From the NCBI GenBank assembly GCA_021442645.1, contig JABUSR010000014.1, forward strand, positions 1 to 37,254: a stretch of DNA of 37,254 nucleotides, given 5' to 3'. Positions 1 to 9,624 of the stretch are shown here, in pieces (the first letter of the stretch is position 1; every line of letters starts with the position of its first letter). The DNA is from Ruminiclostridium sp. Lineage in GTDB: Bacteria > Bacillota > Clostridia > Oscillospirales > Oscillospiraceae. Below the pieces are notes generated by a model, which saw only the letters and a list, made by a program, of their open reading frames with translations, ran no database searches and had not been told where the DNA came from. Made by a program: the position numbers and the translations under genes.

Positions 1-428
1 ATGGAGGCAGGGATGGGCAGGCGCTCCTTCAGGATACGGACAGCCTCCCGGTCGTCGCCTCTGGCAACGGCCTGAACATAGCCCTGGGCGTTGACACTGC
101 CGGGGCACTTGAGCACACAGGGACCGCGGCAGTCGCCCTCGTGGTCGCTCATAAGCAGTTCCAGGCTGGTCTTCCGGGTGCGGATGACCCGCTCAGACTC
201 GGTGTAGATCACCTGGCCGTCGGTGGCGACGGTGGCACAGGCCCGCAGCAGCTTGGGGCTGTTCTCAGCCTCCACCACGCACAGGGAGCAGCCGCCGTAA
301 TGCTTCAGCTCACTGTTGTGGCAGAGGTTGGGGATCTGGATCCCGTTGGACTCGGCGATCTGGAGCAGGGTCTGACCGGGGGTGCCGGTGCAGACCTGAC
401 CATTGATGGTTACTTTGATCTTCTTCAT
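1..428 (-). CDS. NuoG-like N-terminal [2Fe-2S] domain fused to a GltD/NsoC-like FAD oxidoreductase (3' part runs off the window)
   Basis: Manual translation from ATG at 428: MKKIKVTINGQVC...IPNLCH...GGCSLCVVE...RACAT...LLMSDHEGDCRGPCVLKCP...GYV. RBS AAGGAGG upstream; directly follows the NuoEF fusion. Confidence 0.8.
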   Translation of the reverse strand, partial: MKKIKVTINGQVCTGTPGQTLLQIAESNGIQIPNLCHNSELKHYGGCSLCVVEAENSPKLLRACATVATDGQVIYTESERVIRTRKTSLELLMSDHEGDCRGPCVLKCPGSVNAQGYVQAVARGDDREAVRILKERLPIPAS

Positions 429-445
429 GGTGACACCCTCCTTTC

Positions 446-2686
446 TTACTCTGCGACAATGGCGTCAAACTTACAAGAACTCAGGCACTGCTTGCACTTG
501 ATACAGGCTGCCTGGTCGATGATATGGGGCTCCTTACGCGTGCCGCTGATACACTCCACGGGGCACTTTTTGGCGCACAGAGTACAGCCCGTGCACTTGT
601 CGGGCACAATGGAGATGGTGAGCAGGGCGGAACACTCGCAGGCGGGACATTTCTTATCCCGGATGTGGGCCTCGTACTCGTCTCGGAAGTAGCGGATAGT
701 GGTGAGAACAGGGTTGGGGGCTGTCTGGCCCAGGCCGCAGAGGGCGCCGTCCTTGATGGAGACGCACAGTTCCTCCAGCATCTCGATGTCCCCTTCCTGG
801 CCTCTGCCTTCGCAGATGCGGTCCAAGATCTCCTTCATACGGGTGGTGCCGATACGGCAGGGGACACACTTACCGCAGGATTCCCGGGCAGTAAAGTCCA
901 GGAAGAAACGGGCAATATTGACCATACAGGTGGTCTCATCCATGACGACCATACCACCGGAACCCATAATGGCGCCGGTGGCTGCAAGGGCCTTGTAGTC
1001 GATGGGTGTGTCTGCCAGGGCAGCGGGAATACAGCCACCGGAGGGCCCGCCCATCTGAACAGCCTTGTAGGCCTTGTCTTCCTTGATGCCGCCTGCGATG
1101 TCAAAGATAACGTCTCTCAGGCTGTTGCCCATGGGGACCTCCACCAGACCGCCCCGGCGGACCTTACCAGTAAGGGCGAAGACCTTAGTGCCCTTGGAAT
1201 TCTCAGTGCCCATAGCGGCAAAGGCAGCACCGCCGTTGCGGATAATCCAGGCGACATTGGCAAAAGTCTCCACATTGTTGATGTTGGAAGGCTCGTTGAG
1301 GTAGCCACTCTGGGCAGGGAAGGGGGGCTTCAGGCGAGGCATGCCGCGCTTACCCTCCATAGACTCAATGAGGGCGGTCTCCTCGCCGCAGACGAAGGCG
1401 CCTGCGCCAATCTTGATATTCAGATCGCAGGAGAATCCACTGCCCAGAATGTTTTCACCCAGCAGTCCCCGGGCACGGGCCTGCTCGATGGCCTGGCCCA
1501 GGTGCTCCACGGCCAGGGGATACTCAGCTCGGATGTAGACGTACATATCGGAGGCACCGATGGCATAGGCGCCAATCAGCATGCCCTCGATGAGGGTGTG
1601 GGGATCGGATTCGATAACAGCGCGGTCCATGAATGCGCCGGGGTCACCCTCGTCGGCGTTACAGATGATGTGCTTGTTTTCACCGGGTGCCTTGCGGGCT
1701 GCGTCCCACTTGAACCAGGTGGGGAAGCCTGCACCGCCGCGGCCGGCCAGACCGGATACCTTGATCTCCTCGATGACTTCCTCGGGAGTCATCTGCAGGG
1801 CCTTGTCCAAAGCCTTGTAGCCGTCGTGGCGGATATAGTCGTCGATACTGGTGGGGTCGATGATGCCACAGTGACCCATAGCCACCCGCTTCTGCTTTTT
1901 CAGGAAGCGAGCGTCTTCATCGCTGATAAACAGGGGCTCCAGCTTGGAGAGATCCTTCTTGCGGACAGCCTCCACGATGGGCAGAGCGTCCGCCTCATTC
2001 ACCCGGACCAGACGGTGGAGGAACTTGTCACCCTCGTAGATATCCACGATGGGTTCCAGATAACACATGCCGATACAGCCAGTCTTCTCCACGGTAAAGC
2101 TGTCAGTGGCGGCCATGTGGCCGGCAAGGACCTTGGCCACGCGGGCTGCGCCGGCGGACACGCCGCAGCTGCCCTGACCCACCAGCAACCGGATACCATT
2201 GCCCGACTCCCGGCTCCGCAGCTCCCGGAGGATTTTGACGGTCTTCTCTGGGGTCAGATTACCGTAGGTATCCCCGTTAATCATCATAACAGGTGCCAGG
2301 GAGCAACAGCCCAGGCAAGCCACCTCGTTGAGGGTGAACATACCGTCCTCGGTGGTCTCGCCGTTCTGGATGCCTAGCTCCTGGGTGATGGCGACGCGGA
2401 TACGCTCTGCGCCGTTGACATGGCAGGCAGTGCCCTGGCACAGCATGATCTGATAGGTGCCCATGGGCTTCAGACGGAAGTAGCTGTAGAAGGTGGCCAC
2501 GCCCATAACCTTGGCAGGGCTGTTGCCGGTGCGTTCCGCCACGTGGTAGATCACCTCCTGGGGCAGGTAGCCGTAGATGGCCTGGGCCTGCTGCAGGATC
2601 ATGATCAAGCTGGTGGAGTCCTCCTGATACTGGCGGAGTACGCCATTCATCAGGGAGAGGTCAACACCTGACTTAAACTCGGTCAT
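446..2686 (-). CDS. Fused HydC/NuoE-HydB/NuoF flavin iron-sulfur subunit (746 aa)
   Basis: NuoE motifs CQGTAC and CLGCC; thioredoxin-like SCGVSAGA/GCIGMC; NuoF motifs GRGGAGFP, CNADEGDPGA, GAFVCGEETAL, ESCGKCVPCRIG; C-terminal 2x[4Fe-4S]. Start MTEFK has RBS AAGGAG. Confidence 0.92.
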   Translation of the reverse strand: MTEFKSGVDLSLMNGVLRQYQEDSTSLIMILQQAQAIYGYLPQEVIYHVAERTGNSPAKVMGVATFYSYFRLKPMGTYQIMLCQGTACHVNGAERIRVAITQELGIQNGETTEDGMFTLNEVACLGCCSLAPVMMINGDTYGNLTPEKTVKILRELRSRESGNGIRLLVGQGSCGVSAGAARVAKVLAGHMAATDSFTVEKTGCIGMCYLEPIVDIYEGDKFLHRLVRVNEADALPIVEAVRKKDLSKLEPLFISDEDARFLKKQKRVAMGHCGIIDPTSIDDYIRHDGYKALDKALQMTPEEVIEEIKVSGLAGRGGAGFPTWFKWDAARKAPGENKHIICNADEGDPGAFMDRAVIESDPHTLIEGMLIGAYAIGASDMYVYIRAEYPLAVEHLGQAIEQARARGLLGENILGSGFSCDLNIKIGAGAFVCGEETALIESMEGKRGMPRLKPPFPAQSGYLNEPSNINNVETFANVAWIIRNGGAAFAAMGTENSKGTKVFALTGKVRRGGLVEVPMGNSLRDVIFDIAGGIKEDKAYKAVQMGGPSGGCIPAALADTPIDYKALAATGAIMGSGGMVVMDETTCMVNIARFFLDFTARESCGKCVPCRIGTTRMKEILDRICEGRGQEGDIEMLEELCVSIKDGALCGLGQTAPNPVLTTIRYFRDEYEAHIRDKKCPACECSALLTISIVPDKCTGCTLCAKKCPVECISGTRKEPHIIDQAACIKCKQCLSSCKFDAIVAE

Positions 2687-2785
2687 TATCTTCACTCCTT
2701 TGGGCTCTGTGAGGTTTCTATGAAATGCAGTTTGCGTCTCTCGATGGTTCATTCCCTTACGATATTCGCGCACATATTCCTGTTG

Positions 2786-2814
2786 ATTATACCCTGAATT
2801 CGGTCATTTTACAA
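2786..2814 (-). promoter_or_regulatory. SigA-type promoter of the nuoEF-like operon
   Basis: TTGTAA-17 bp-TATAAT on the minus strand. Confidence 0.6.
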
Positions 2815-2924
2815 GACTATTTCCCATTTAAATAGACAAATGTTGTGCTGTTTCCTGTGCATTTTGCCAATCCTTCAAGGTTGGTGTATTTCCTGCAGAG
2901 ACAGTGGGAGAAGGTTCCTGCAAG

Positions 2925-2960
2925 AAAAAAAGGGAGCCCGGCGCAGCCGGACTCCTTTTT
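2925..2960. terminator. Intrinsic terminator after nrdD
   Basis: GC hairpin GGAGCCCGG/CCGGACTCC flanked by A-run and T-run. Confidence 0.7.
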
Positions 2961-2972
2961 GCATAATCTCTG

Positions 2973-5297
2973 TCAGACGCTGTGTTTTACGCGGTCCCGC
3001 TCTTCAGCCCGCTTGCCATTGTTGAAACGGTCCAGGGTGCCCACCAGATAACCGGTGATGCGGCGGATGCGCTCGAAGGGGGCGTCGTCCTCTTCACTGC
3101 GGCCGCAGCCGGGGCAGCGGTCGCCAATGATACCGGAGAATCCACAGACGGGATCCCGGTCCACCGGGTGGTTCACGGAACCGTAGCCAATGCCCTTCTC
3201 CTTCATGCAGCGGATGACATTCTCGAAGGCCTCCAGATTCTCGGTGGGGTCGCCGTCCATCTCGATGTAGCTGATATGGCCGGCGTTGGTGAGAGCGTGG
3301 TAGGGTGCCTCGATGGCAATCTTGTCATAGGCACCGATAGGGTAATACACCGGCACATGGAAGGAGTTGGTGTAGTACTCTCGGTCGGTAACACCCTCAA
3401 TCACGCCGTACTTCTGGCGGTCGATCTTTACGAAGCGGCCGGAGAGGCCCTCTGCGGGGGTAGCCAGCAGGGAGAAGTTCAGGTGGCGGCTCTTGCTTTC
3501 CTCGTCCATCCGAGCGCGCATGTGGCCCACAATCTCCATGCCCAGGATGCGGGCCTTTTCACTCTCGCCGTGGTGTTCGCCGATGAGGATCTTCAGCGTC
3601 TCAGCCAGGCCGATGAAGCCCACGGACAGGGTGCCGTGCTTCAGGACCTCCCGGACTTCGGACTCCCAGTCCAGGTCGTCGGAGTCAATCCAGACGCCCT
3701 GGCCCATGAGGAAGGGGGCGTTCTTGACCTTCTTGCGGCACTGGAACTCAAAGCGCTCCAGGAGCTGCTCCACAGCTATATCCAGCATATGGTCCAGGCT
3801 CTCGAAGAAGGCATTTAAATCGCCCTTGGCCTTGATGCCCAGGCGGGGCAGGTTGATGGTGGTAAAGGACAGGTTGCCGCGGCCGGGGCAAATCTCCCGC
3901 TGGGGATCCACGATGTTGCCGATAACACGGGTTCGGCAACCCATATAAGCAATCTCGGTCTCGGGATGACCGGGCTTGTAGTACTGGAGGTTAAAAGGAG
4001 CATCCACAAAGGAGAAGTTGGGGAACAGCCGCTTGGCGGAGCACCGGATGGCCAACTGGAACAGGTCATAGTTGGGCTCGCCGGGATTATAGTTGATGCC
4101 CTCCTTGACGCGGAAAATCTGGATGGGGAAAATGGGGGTCTCTCCGTTGCCCAGGCCCTCCTCGGTGGTGAGGAGGATGTTCTTCACGGCCATACGGCCC
4201 TCGGGGCTGGTGTCCATGCCATAGTTGATAGAGGAGAAGGGGGTCTGTGCCCCGGCACGGGAGTGCATGGTGTTCAGGTTATGGATAAGGGCTTCCATGG
4301 CCTGGAAGGTAGCACGGTCGGTCTCCTTGATGGCTCGGGTGTGGGCAAAGTCCTGGCACTTGCGGGCCGTGGCCTCATCCAGACCACAGGTCTCGGTGAG
4401 GAAGGGCAACTCGGCAGCGAAGAAAGCATCACAGTCCTCCATCTGGGGGAAAAGTCCGGTCTCGTCCTCGATTTTCTGGATGTTGGCCTTCACCGCGGAT
4501 TCAGGGTCTTCCTGTCCGGCCAGGAGTGTCAGGGCCCGCGCCAGATTCTGGCGATAAATGCGGCGGAAAGTCTTCCGCACACCGATGGCCATGCTGTAGT
4601 CGAAGTTCACGATGGACTGGCCGCCGTGCTGATCGTTCTGGTTGGACTGGATGGCGATGCAGGCCAAGGCAGCGTAGGAAGAGATGTCGTTAGGCTCCCG
4701 CAGCGTGCCGTGGCCGGTGGAGAAGCCGCCGGTGAACAGCTTAGTCAGGTCAATCTGGGTGCAGGTGGTGGTACCCATAGGGGCGAAATCCATGTCGTGG
4801 ATGTGGATGTCACCGCTCTGGTGAGCAGCAGCGTGCTCGGGCTTCATGACGAACATCTGATAGAACTGCTTGGAGCCCTCACTGCCGTATTTAAGCATGG
4901 TACCCATAGCGGTATCGCCGTCGATATTGGCGTTCTCCCGCTTGATATCGCTTTCCTTGGCGGAGGAGAAAGTGATATCCTCGTAGATCTTCATCAAACG
5001 GGTATTCATCTCACGGGCGCGGCTGCGCTCAGAGCGATACAGGATATAGGCCTTGGCGGTCTGGACATAGCCGTTGTCCATCAGCACACGCTCTACGATA
5101 TCCTGAATATGCTCCACGTCGGGGCACTCGCCCCCCTCCACCTCAAGGATGGACGCAACTTCGTGAGCCAGCTGAGCAGCAACCTCCCCGTAGCCGGGTT
5201 TATAGGTCGCCTCGAAGGCCTTGTTGATAGCCTCTGCAATCTTATTTTCATGGAACGGAACAAGGCGCCCGTCGCGCTTGCGGATCTGAAGGATCAT
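2973..5297 (-). CDS. nrdD: Anaerobic (class III) ribonucleoside-triphosphate reductase with N-terminal ATP cone
   Basis: ATP cone KRDGR; KRENAN, HIHD, MGCRT, GNLSFTTINL, TPAEG, YYTNS motifs; C-terminal Zn site and RRITGYL glycyl-radical loop. Confidence 0.97.
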   Translation of the reverse strand: MILQIRKRDGRLVPFHENKIAEAINKAFEATYKPGYGEVAAQLAHEVASILEVEGGECPDVEHIQDIVERVLMDNGYVQTAKAYILYRSERSRAREMNTRLMKIYEDITFSSAKESDIKRENANIDGDTAMGTMLKYGSEGSKQFYQMFVMKPEHAAAHQSGDIHIHDMDFAPMGTTTCTQIDLTKLFTGGFSTGHGTLREPNDISSYAALACIAIQSNQNDQHGGQSIVNFDYSMAIGVRKTFRRIYRQNLARALTLLAGQEDPESAVKANIQKIEDETGLFPQMEDCDAFFAAELPFLTETCGLDEATARKCQDFAHTRAIKETDRATFQAMEALIHNLNTMHSRAGAQTPFSSINYGMDTSPEGRMAVKNILLTTEEGLGNGETPIFPIQIFRVKEGINYNPGEPNYDLFQLAIRCSAKRLFPNFSFVDAPFNLQYYKPGHPETEIAYMGCRTRVIGNIVDPQREICPGRGNLSFTTINLPRLGIKAKGDLNAFFESLDHMLDIAVEQLLERFEFQCRKKVKNAPFLMGQGVWIDSDDLDWESEVREVLKHGTLSVGFIGLAETLKILIGEHHGESEKARILGMEIVGHMRARMDEESKSRHLNFSLLATPAEGLSGRFVKIDRQKYGVIEGVTDREYYTNSFHVPVYYPIGAYDKIAIEAPYHALTNAGHISYIEMDGDPTENLEAFENVIRCMKEKGIGYGSVNHPVDRDPVCGFSGIIGDRCPGCGRSEEDDAPFERIRRITGYLVGTLDRFNNGKRAEERDRVKHSV

Positions 5298-5388
5298 AGA
5301 ACACTTCTCCTTTCTTGGGGCCCGGCCACCGCCGGCATCTGCTGTGCCCGGCTTTTTGGTGGAGGTCTCTGCAACCCGTCCGGTATTC

Positions 5389-5436
5389 CGGTGCTATCTT
5401 GTGGTTTTGGCCCCTTTGTTGCACAATATCATGTGT
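5389..5436. promoter_or_regulatory. Tandem NrdR boxes (5421-5436 good match; 5389-5404 half match, 32 bp apart)
   Basis: GCACAATATCATGTGT matches consensus acaCwAtATaTwGtgt; lies downstream of the nrdD promoter. Confidence 0.7.
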
Positions 5437-5457
5437 TTTCTCTTTTGCAACAACCAC

Positions 5458-5486
5458 ATAATAGCAGACCCCTTTCCTTCCGTCAA
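5458..5486 (-). promoter_or_regulatory. SigA promoter of nrdD
   Basis: TTGACG-17 bp-TATTAT with TGn extension. Confidence 0.7.
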
Positions 5487-5537
5487 TAGCAATTCTGCAA
5501 AAAAACGGTTACAAAATTGTGTCAGTCTCGTTTTCAA

Positions 5538-5555
5538 ACCACAATCTGTAGTGGT
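5538..5555. promoter_or_regulatory. Additional upstream NrdR box
   Basis: ACCACAATCTGTAGTGGT, an imperfect palindrome matching the NrdR consensus. Confidence 0.65.
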
Positions 5556-5850
5556 TTAAGAAGAATTTGGGGCCACTGTGTCGTCTGTTTTTCCATCTCA
5601 TTCCAGGTGTGTTCCCACCCTTTAGTTCGTTTCAGGTAGGATGTCGGCCCTCCAGTCCCTCCCAAAAGATGATATAGCGCAGCAGAGCAGGATGTCTGTT
5701 CTGAACGGTTTCCAGAAGAAAAAATTCCCTCCATTTTCTCTCTCAGAGCTCCTGCTATCAGGCATTTTACAGGGGGTATATCCGGAATTTCTTCCCCGCA
5801 AAGCACCGAACTCGTCCGCTCCCATCAACCGCGCTTACCAAAATCTTCTC

Positions 5851-5879
5851 TTGACATCTGCTCCTTCCCGGGGTACTAT
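5851..5879 (+). promoter_or_regulatory. SigA promoter of the ABC importer operon
   Basis: TTGACA-17 bp-TACTAT (overlapping TATAAT). Confidence 0.7.
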
Positions 5880-5930
5880 AATTAACAAGTTAGCAATCTA
5901 CCAGACTAAAGCGCTAAATGGAGTGACCCT

Positions 5931-6701
5931 ATGCGATCCGGAAAGAAAACTTACCGCTGGCTGTCCATCGTATCTTTCTTCGTTATTATGGCCGCCTGGT
6001 GCCTCATCACCTACGGGGGGCTGGTGAAGCCTCTCTTCGTCCCCTCTCCCAGCGATGTCATCCACCAGTTGGTCCTGGCCTTTCAGGACGGTTCCCTCTG
6101 GCTCAACTGCTGGGCCTCCACCCGACGTGTCATGGTGGGCTGGTTCCTGTCGGCCCTGGTCGCCCTGCCCTGCGGCATGCTGATGGCCCGCTCCCCCAAG
6201 TTCACAGCCATCGTACAGCCGGTCATTGAGTTCGTCCGCTATCTGCCCGTGGTGGCCCTGGTCCCCCTGACCATCCTCTACCTGGGCATCGGCGAGACCC
6301 AGAAGTACATTATTATCTGGCTGGGAACCTTCTTCCAGTTGGTCCTCATGGTCTGCGACACGGTTGCCTCCGTAGACAAGAACCAGATTAACGCCGCCAG
6401 GACTCTAGGGGCCAATAAGTGGCAGGTCTACAAAGAGGTTATTTTTCCCGCCTCCCTGCCGGGGCTCCTGGACGATTTCCGTCTTACCATCGGCTGGGCC
6501 TGGACCTACCTGGTGGTGGCCGAAATGGTGGCCGCCAGCGACGGCCTGGGCTATATCATCCTCAAGTCCCAGCGGTTCCTGGCCACTGACGTCATCTTCA
6601 TGGGCCTCTTCCTCATTGGCTTCATCGGGCTGGTGACGGATTTCCTCATGAAGCTCCTCACCAAACTTCTCGTCCCCTGGCGCAGACGCCTGACGGATTA
6701 A
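5931..6701 (+). CDS. ABC transporter permease, SsuC/TauC (nitrate/sulfonate) family
   Basis: PSPSDV motif, multiple TM helices, EAA-like AARTLGA, VVAEM motif. Confidence 0.9.
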   Translation: MRSGKKTYRWLSIVSFFVIMAAWCLITYGGLVKPLFVPSPSDVIHQLVLAFQDGSLWLNCWASTRRVMVGWFLSALVALPCGMLMARSPKFTAIVQPVIEFVRYLPVVALVPLTILYLGIGETQKYIIIWLGTFFQLVLMVCDTVASVDKNQINAARTLGANKWQVYKEVIFPASLPGLLDDFRLTIGWAWTYLVVAEMVAASDGLGYIILKSQRFLATDVIFMGLFLIGFIGLVTDFLMKLLTKLLVPWRRRLTD

Positions 6702-6716
6702 GGGAGGTGGAACAGA

Positions 6717-7481
6717 ATGGAAAAACTGTGTGTTTCCGATGTAAGTAAGATTTTTACAGGCAAGGGCGGCACCGTCACTGCAGTAGACAAGGTCTCCTTC
6801 TCCGTAGAAGAAGGAGAGTTTGTTGTCATTGTGGGGCCTTCGGGCTGCGGTAAATCCACCCTATTGAACATCGTAGGCGGACTGGAGTCCGCCACCTCCG
6901 GTACCGTCACCGTAGCGGGTAAAGCGGTCACCGAGCCGGGAGCCGACCGCGGCATGGTCTTTCAGGGATACAGCCTCTTTCCCTGGCTCACCGTCCGTAA
7001 AAACGTGGAGTTCGGCCTGAAGATGAAGGGACTCCCCGCCCAGGAGCGAACGGCTATCGCCGACCAATTTATCCGTCTGGTGGGTCTGTCTGGGTTTGAG
7101 AACGCCCTGCCCGACGAACTCTCCGGCGGCATGAAGCAGAGGACAGCCATTGCCCGGACCCTGGCCAACCAGCCGGAGATTCTCCTGATGGACGAGCCCT
7201 TCGGGGCGCTGGACGCCCAGACCCGGGTGGTCATGCAGGAGCAGCTGGCAGAAATCAGCCGGAAAACGGGCAGCACCGTCCTCTTCATCACCCACGACAT
7301 TGACGAGGCTATTCTCTTAGGCAACCGGGTGCTGATCATGAGCCGACGGCCCGGTCGAATCAAGAAGGTGATTCCCATCGATCTCAAGTGTGCTCGAGAC
7401 CACACGGCGCTTATCGACCCGGAATTCCTACATATCAAGAAACAAATCATGGACGTGCTCTGGGAAGAGCAAACAGTTTAA
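6717..7481 (+). CDS. ABC transporter ATP-binding protein, SsuB/TauB family
   Basis: Walker [34 protein letters not shown]. Confidence 0.95.
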   Translation: MEKLCVSDVSKIFTGKGGTVTAVDKVSFSVEEGEFVVIVGPSGCGKSTLLNIVGGLESATSGTVTVAGKAVTEPGADRGMVFQGYSLFPWLTVRKNVEFGLKMKGLPAQERTAIADQFIRLVGLSGFENALPDELSGGMKQRTAIARTLANQPEILLMDEPFGALDAQTRVVMQEQLAEISRKTGSTVLFITHDIDEAILLGNRVLIMSRRPGRIKKVIPIDLKCARDHTALIDPEFLHIKKQIMDVLWEEQTV

Positions 7482-7494
7482 GGAGGTCAAATCA

Positions 7495-8487
7495 ATGAAA
7501 AAAATCATCGCACTCATCCTGTCCCTGACCCTGATTGCCGGGTTGCTGGCCGGCTGCGGCAGCAACGCTGACGCTGACGCAGACAACACCGCCGACGAGG
7601 CCAAGCAGATGACCATCGCCTTCTGCACCTGGGCCGGGTACGCCCCCCTCTTCATCGCCCAGGAACTGGGCTACTTCGACGAGTACAACTACGATGTGGA
7701 GATCGTCATTATTGAAGACGAATCTACCTACGGCGCTGCCTTCGTCTCCAACTCCATTCAGGCCCTAGGTCAGGTGATGGACCGTGACATTATCCAGTAT
7801 GACGCCGGTGCCCCTGAGCAGTATGTCTGCACCATGGACTGCTCCACCGGCGGCGACGGCCTCATCGCCACTGCTGACATCAAGACCATGGACGACTTGG
7901 CCGGGAAGACCGTAGCTCTGGACAAATCCGCCACCTCTTACTTCTTCTTCCTCCAGGCTCTGGCCGACAGCAACATCACCGAAGACCAGATTACCATCGT
8001 AGAGATGGGCAACGACGAGGCCGGTGAGGCCTTCTTGGCCGGCCGTGTTGACGCCGCTGTCACCTGGGAGCCCGCCCTGTCCAACTGTTCTGAGCGAGAG
8101 GGCGGCCACATCCTGGTCTCCTCTGCCGACTATCCCAAGGCCATCATCGACGTGCTGACCGTCTCCTCCGACTTCGCCAAGGAAAACCCCGAGGCCGTGG
8201 ATGTACTCAGCGATTGCTGGTACAGAGCTGTGGACTACCTGAACGCCAACTTTGAGGAAGGTTGCGCCATCATGGCCGAGGGTCTGGACCTGAGCGCCGA
8301 GGACGTCGCCGCCGAGTGCACAGGCATCACCTTCTACGACAAAGCTATGAACGAAGCCTTCAACGACACCGCCACCCCCGAAAATATCTATGAAATCGCC
8401 TGCATGGCAGCCGATTTCTGGGTAGAAAAGGGCTACATGGAGAGCGCCGACATCGCCGGCTTCTTCCCCACCCTGAACATCGGATAA
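7495..8487 (+). CDS. ABC substrate-binding lipoprotein, NMT1/SsuA-like
   Basis: RBS AGGAGG; lipobox LLAGC; WAGYAP and AVTWEP motifs. Confidence 0.88.
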   Translation: MKKIIALILSLTLIAGLLAGCGSNADADADNTADEAKQMTIAFCTWAGYAPLFIAQELGYFDEYNYDVEIVIIEDESTYGAAFVSNSIQALGQVMDRDIIQYDAGAPEQYVCTMDCSTGGDGLIATADIKTMDDLAGKTVALDKSATSYFFFLQALADSNITEDQITIVEMGNDEAGEAFLAGRVDAAVTWEPALSNCSEREGGHILVSSADYPKAIIDVLTVSSDFAKENPEAVDVLSDCWYRAVDYLNANFEEGCAIMAEGLDLSAEDVAAECTGITFYDKAMNEAFNDTATPENIYEIACMAADFWVEKGYMESADIAGFFPTLNIG

Positions 8488-8501
8488 TTTCTGGAACTTT
8501 C

Positions 8502-8543
8502 AAAAGGCGCAGATGAGTGAATGAACTCATCTGCGCCTTTTTT
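8502..8543. terminator. Bidirectional intrinsic terminator
   Basis: 13-bp stem GGCGCAGATGAGT/ACTCATCTGCGCC with A-run and T-run between convergent genes. Confidence 0.85.
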
Positions 8544-8571
8544 CTGTTATCGGGAGTTCTTTCTCTCATTC

Positions 8572-9612
8572 TCAACTCTGCCTGAAAAGGCTGTCAAAAT
8601 CGTATCCCGCCAGGAAAGCCCCAAAGGCCTCCAGTCGGGGCCCGACCTCCTCCGGCCGAAGTGGTTCCTCCTCCAACAGCCGTCGGGCCAGCTCCCGGCA
8701 GACGGTCTGAGAATAATGAACCTCGTCGCAGTAGTTGTCTAGGTTGGTGATAAGCTCCAGGTCGTCCATGAAGTAGAAGACCCGGGCATTGGGTTGGGCC
8801 GTCAGGGCCGTCAGGACTTCCTCCTGCATGACCAACATGGCCTCCAGTTCCCCCTCCCGGTCCAACTTGTCCCAGGAAAGGATGCTGTAGGGGGCCAGGA
8901 AGAACGTAAAGGTGATTTGAGGGTTGGCCTCCACCCGGGCCAGTACGTTTTCCAGGTTCTCCCGGGCGGCGGGCAAAAGACTGTTCGGGGGTTGTTTCTC
9001 CTCCGTCTTTTCCGGCCTCTGATAGACAGCCAGCGCAGTCTCTCGGCTCCAGACTTGGTCCCCGCCCCAGGTGAAACCTCCGGCACTCTCGTCATAGTCC
9101 CCCGTCCGGGCAGCCCGGATTATATCCGGGATGTACCAGAAGAAGGTGTCCTTGTTCAGTAAATATCGCACGTCATTCCAAGGGTTTTGGTCAAAGAGGT
9201 ATTCGGGCTCTTCCCATGTGTTCTCAGCATCCAGCCGTCGCCAGCAGTTGGCATCCACCCCCCAGAAAATCTGCTGGACATCATGGGTCTCCAGAGCCCG
9301 GTCGAGAGGGCGGAAGAACTCGGAAAAGTATCCCCCCAGGAGGATTAGTTTTTGGGTCCGGCCGGGCAGGGCATCGTCGAACTGGGAAGCATCGAAGTTG
9401 GCGGTCACCGAGGTTCCCAGAAGGATGTTCTCGTAGTCCAAGTTCTCCGCCGCCCCTACGCTCTGATAGCGGCCATCCTCCAGCCAAAGGGGCAGCCCGG
9501 CTATTGGGCCGTGATAATGGTAGTAGGGATCCGCCAGGGCAGTGACCCCTGCAAAGATAGCGGTCAGGGACAGGAATACAGCAAAAAACGTGAGCAGGAA
9601 TCGCCGAGGCAT
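8572..9612 (-). CDS. Membrane-anchored SGNH-like protein, probable MBOAT partner (AlgJ/DltD-like role)
   Basis: N-terminal TM plus DPY motif; block I-like LLGTSV; C-terminal DEVHY (DxxH); adjacent to MBOAT. Confidence 0.7.
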   Translation of the reverse strand: MPRRFLLTFFAVFLSLTAIFAGVTALADPYYHYHGPIAGLPLWLEDGRYQSVGAAENLDYENILLGTSVTANFDASQFDDALPGRTQKLILLGGYFSEFFRPLDRALETHDVQQIFWGVDANCWRRLDAENTWEEPEYLFDQNPWNDVRYLLNKDTFFWYIPDIIRAARTGDYDESAGGFTWGGDQVWSRETALAVYQRPEKTEEKQPPNSLLPAARENLENVLARVEANPQITFTFFLAPYSILSWDKLDREGELEAMLVMQEEVLTALTAQPNARVFYFMDDLELITNLDNYCDEVHYSQTVCRELARRLLEEEPLRPEEVGPRLEAFGAFLAGYDFDSLFRQS

Positions 9613-9624
9613 GAGTCTCCCCCC

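Noticed and set aside
5880-5930. Guanidine or TPP riboswitch before the ABC importer
   Set aside because: The leader is only about 45 nt and has no recognisable aptamer motifs.
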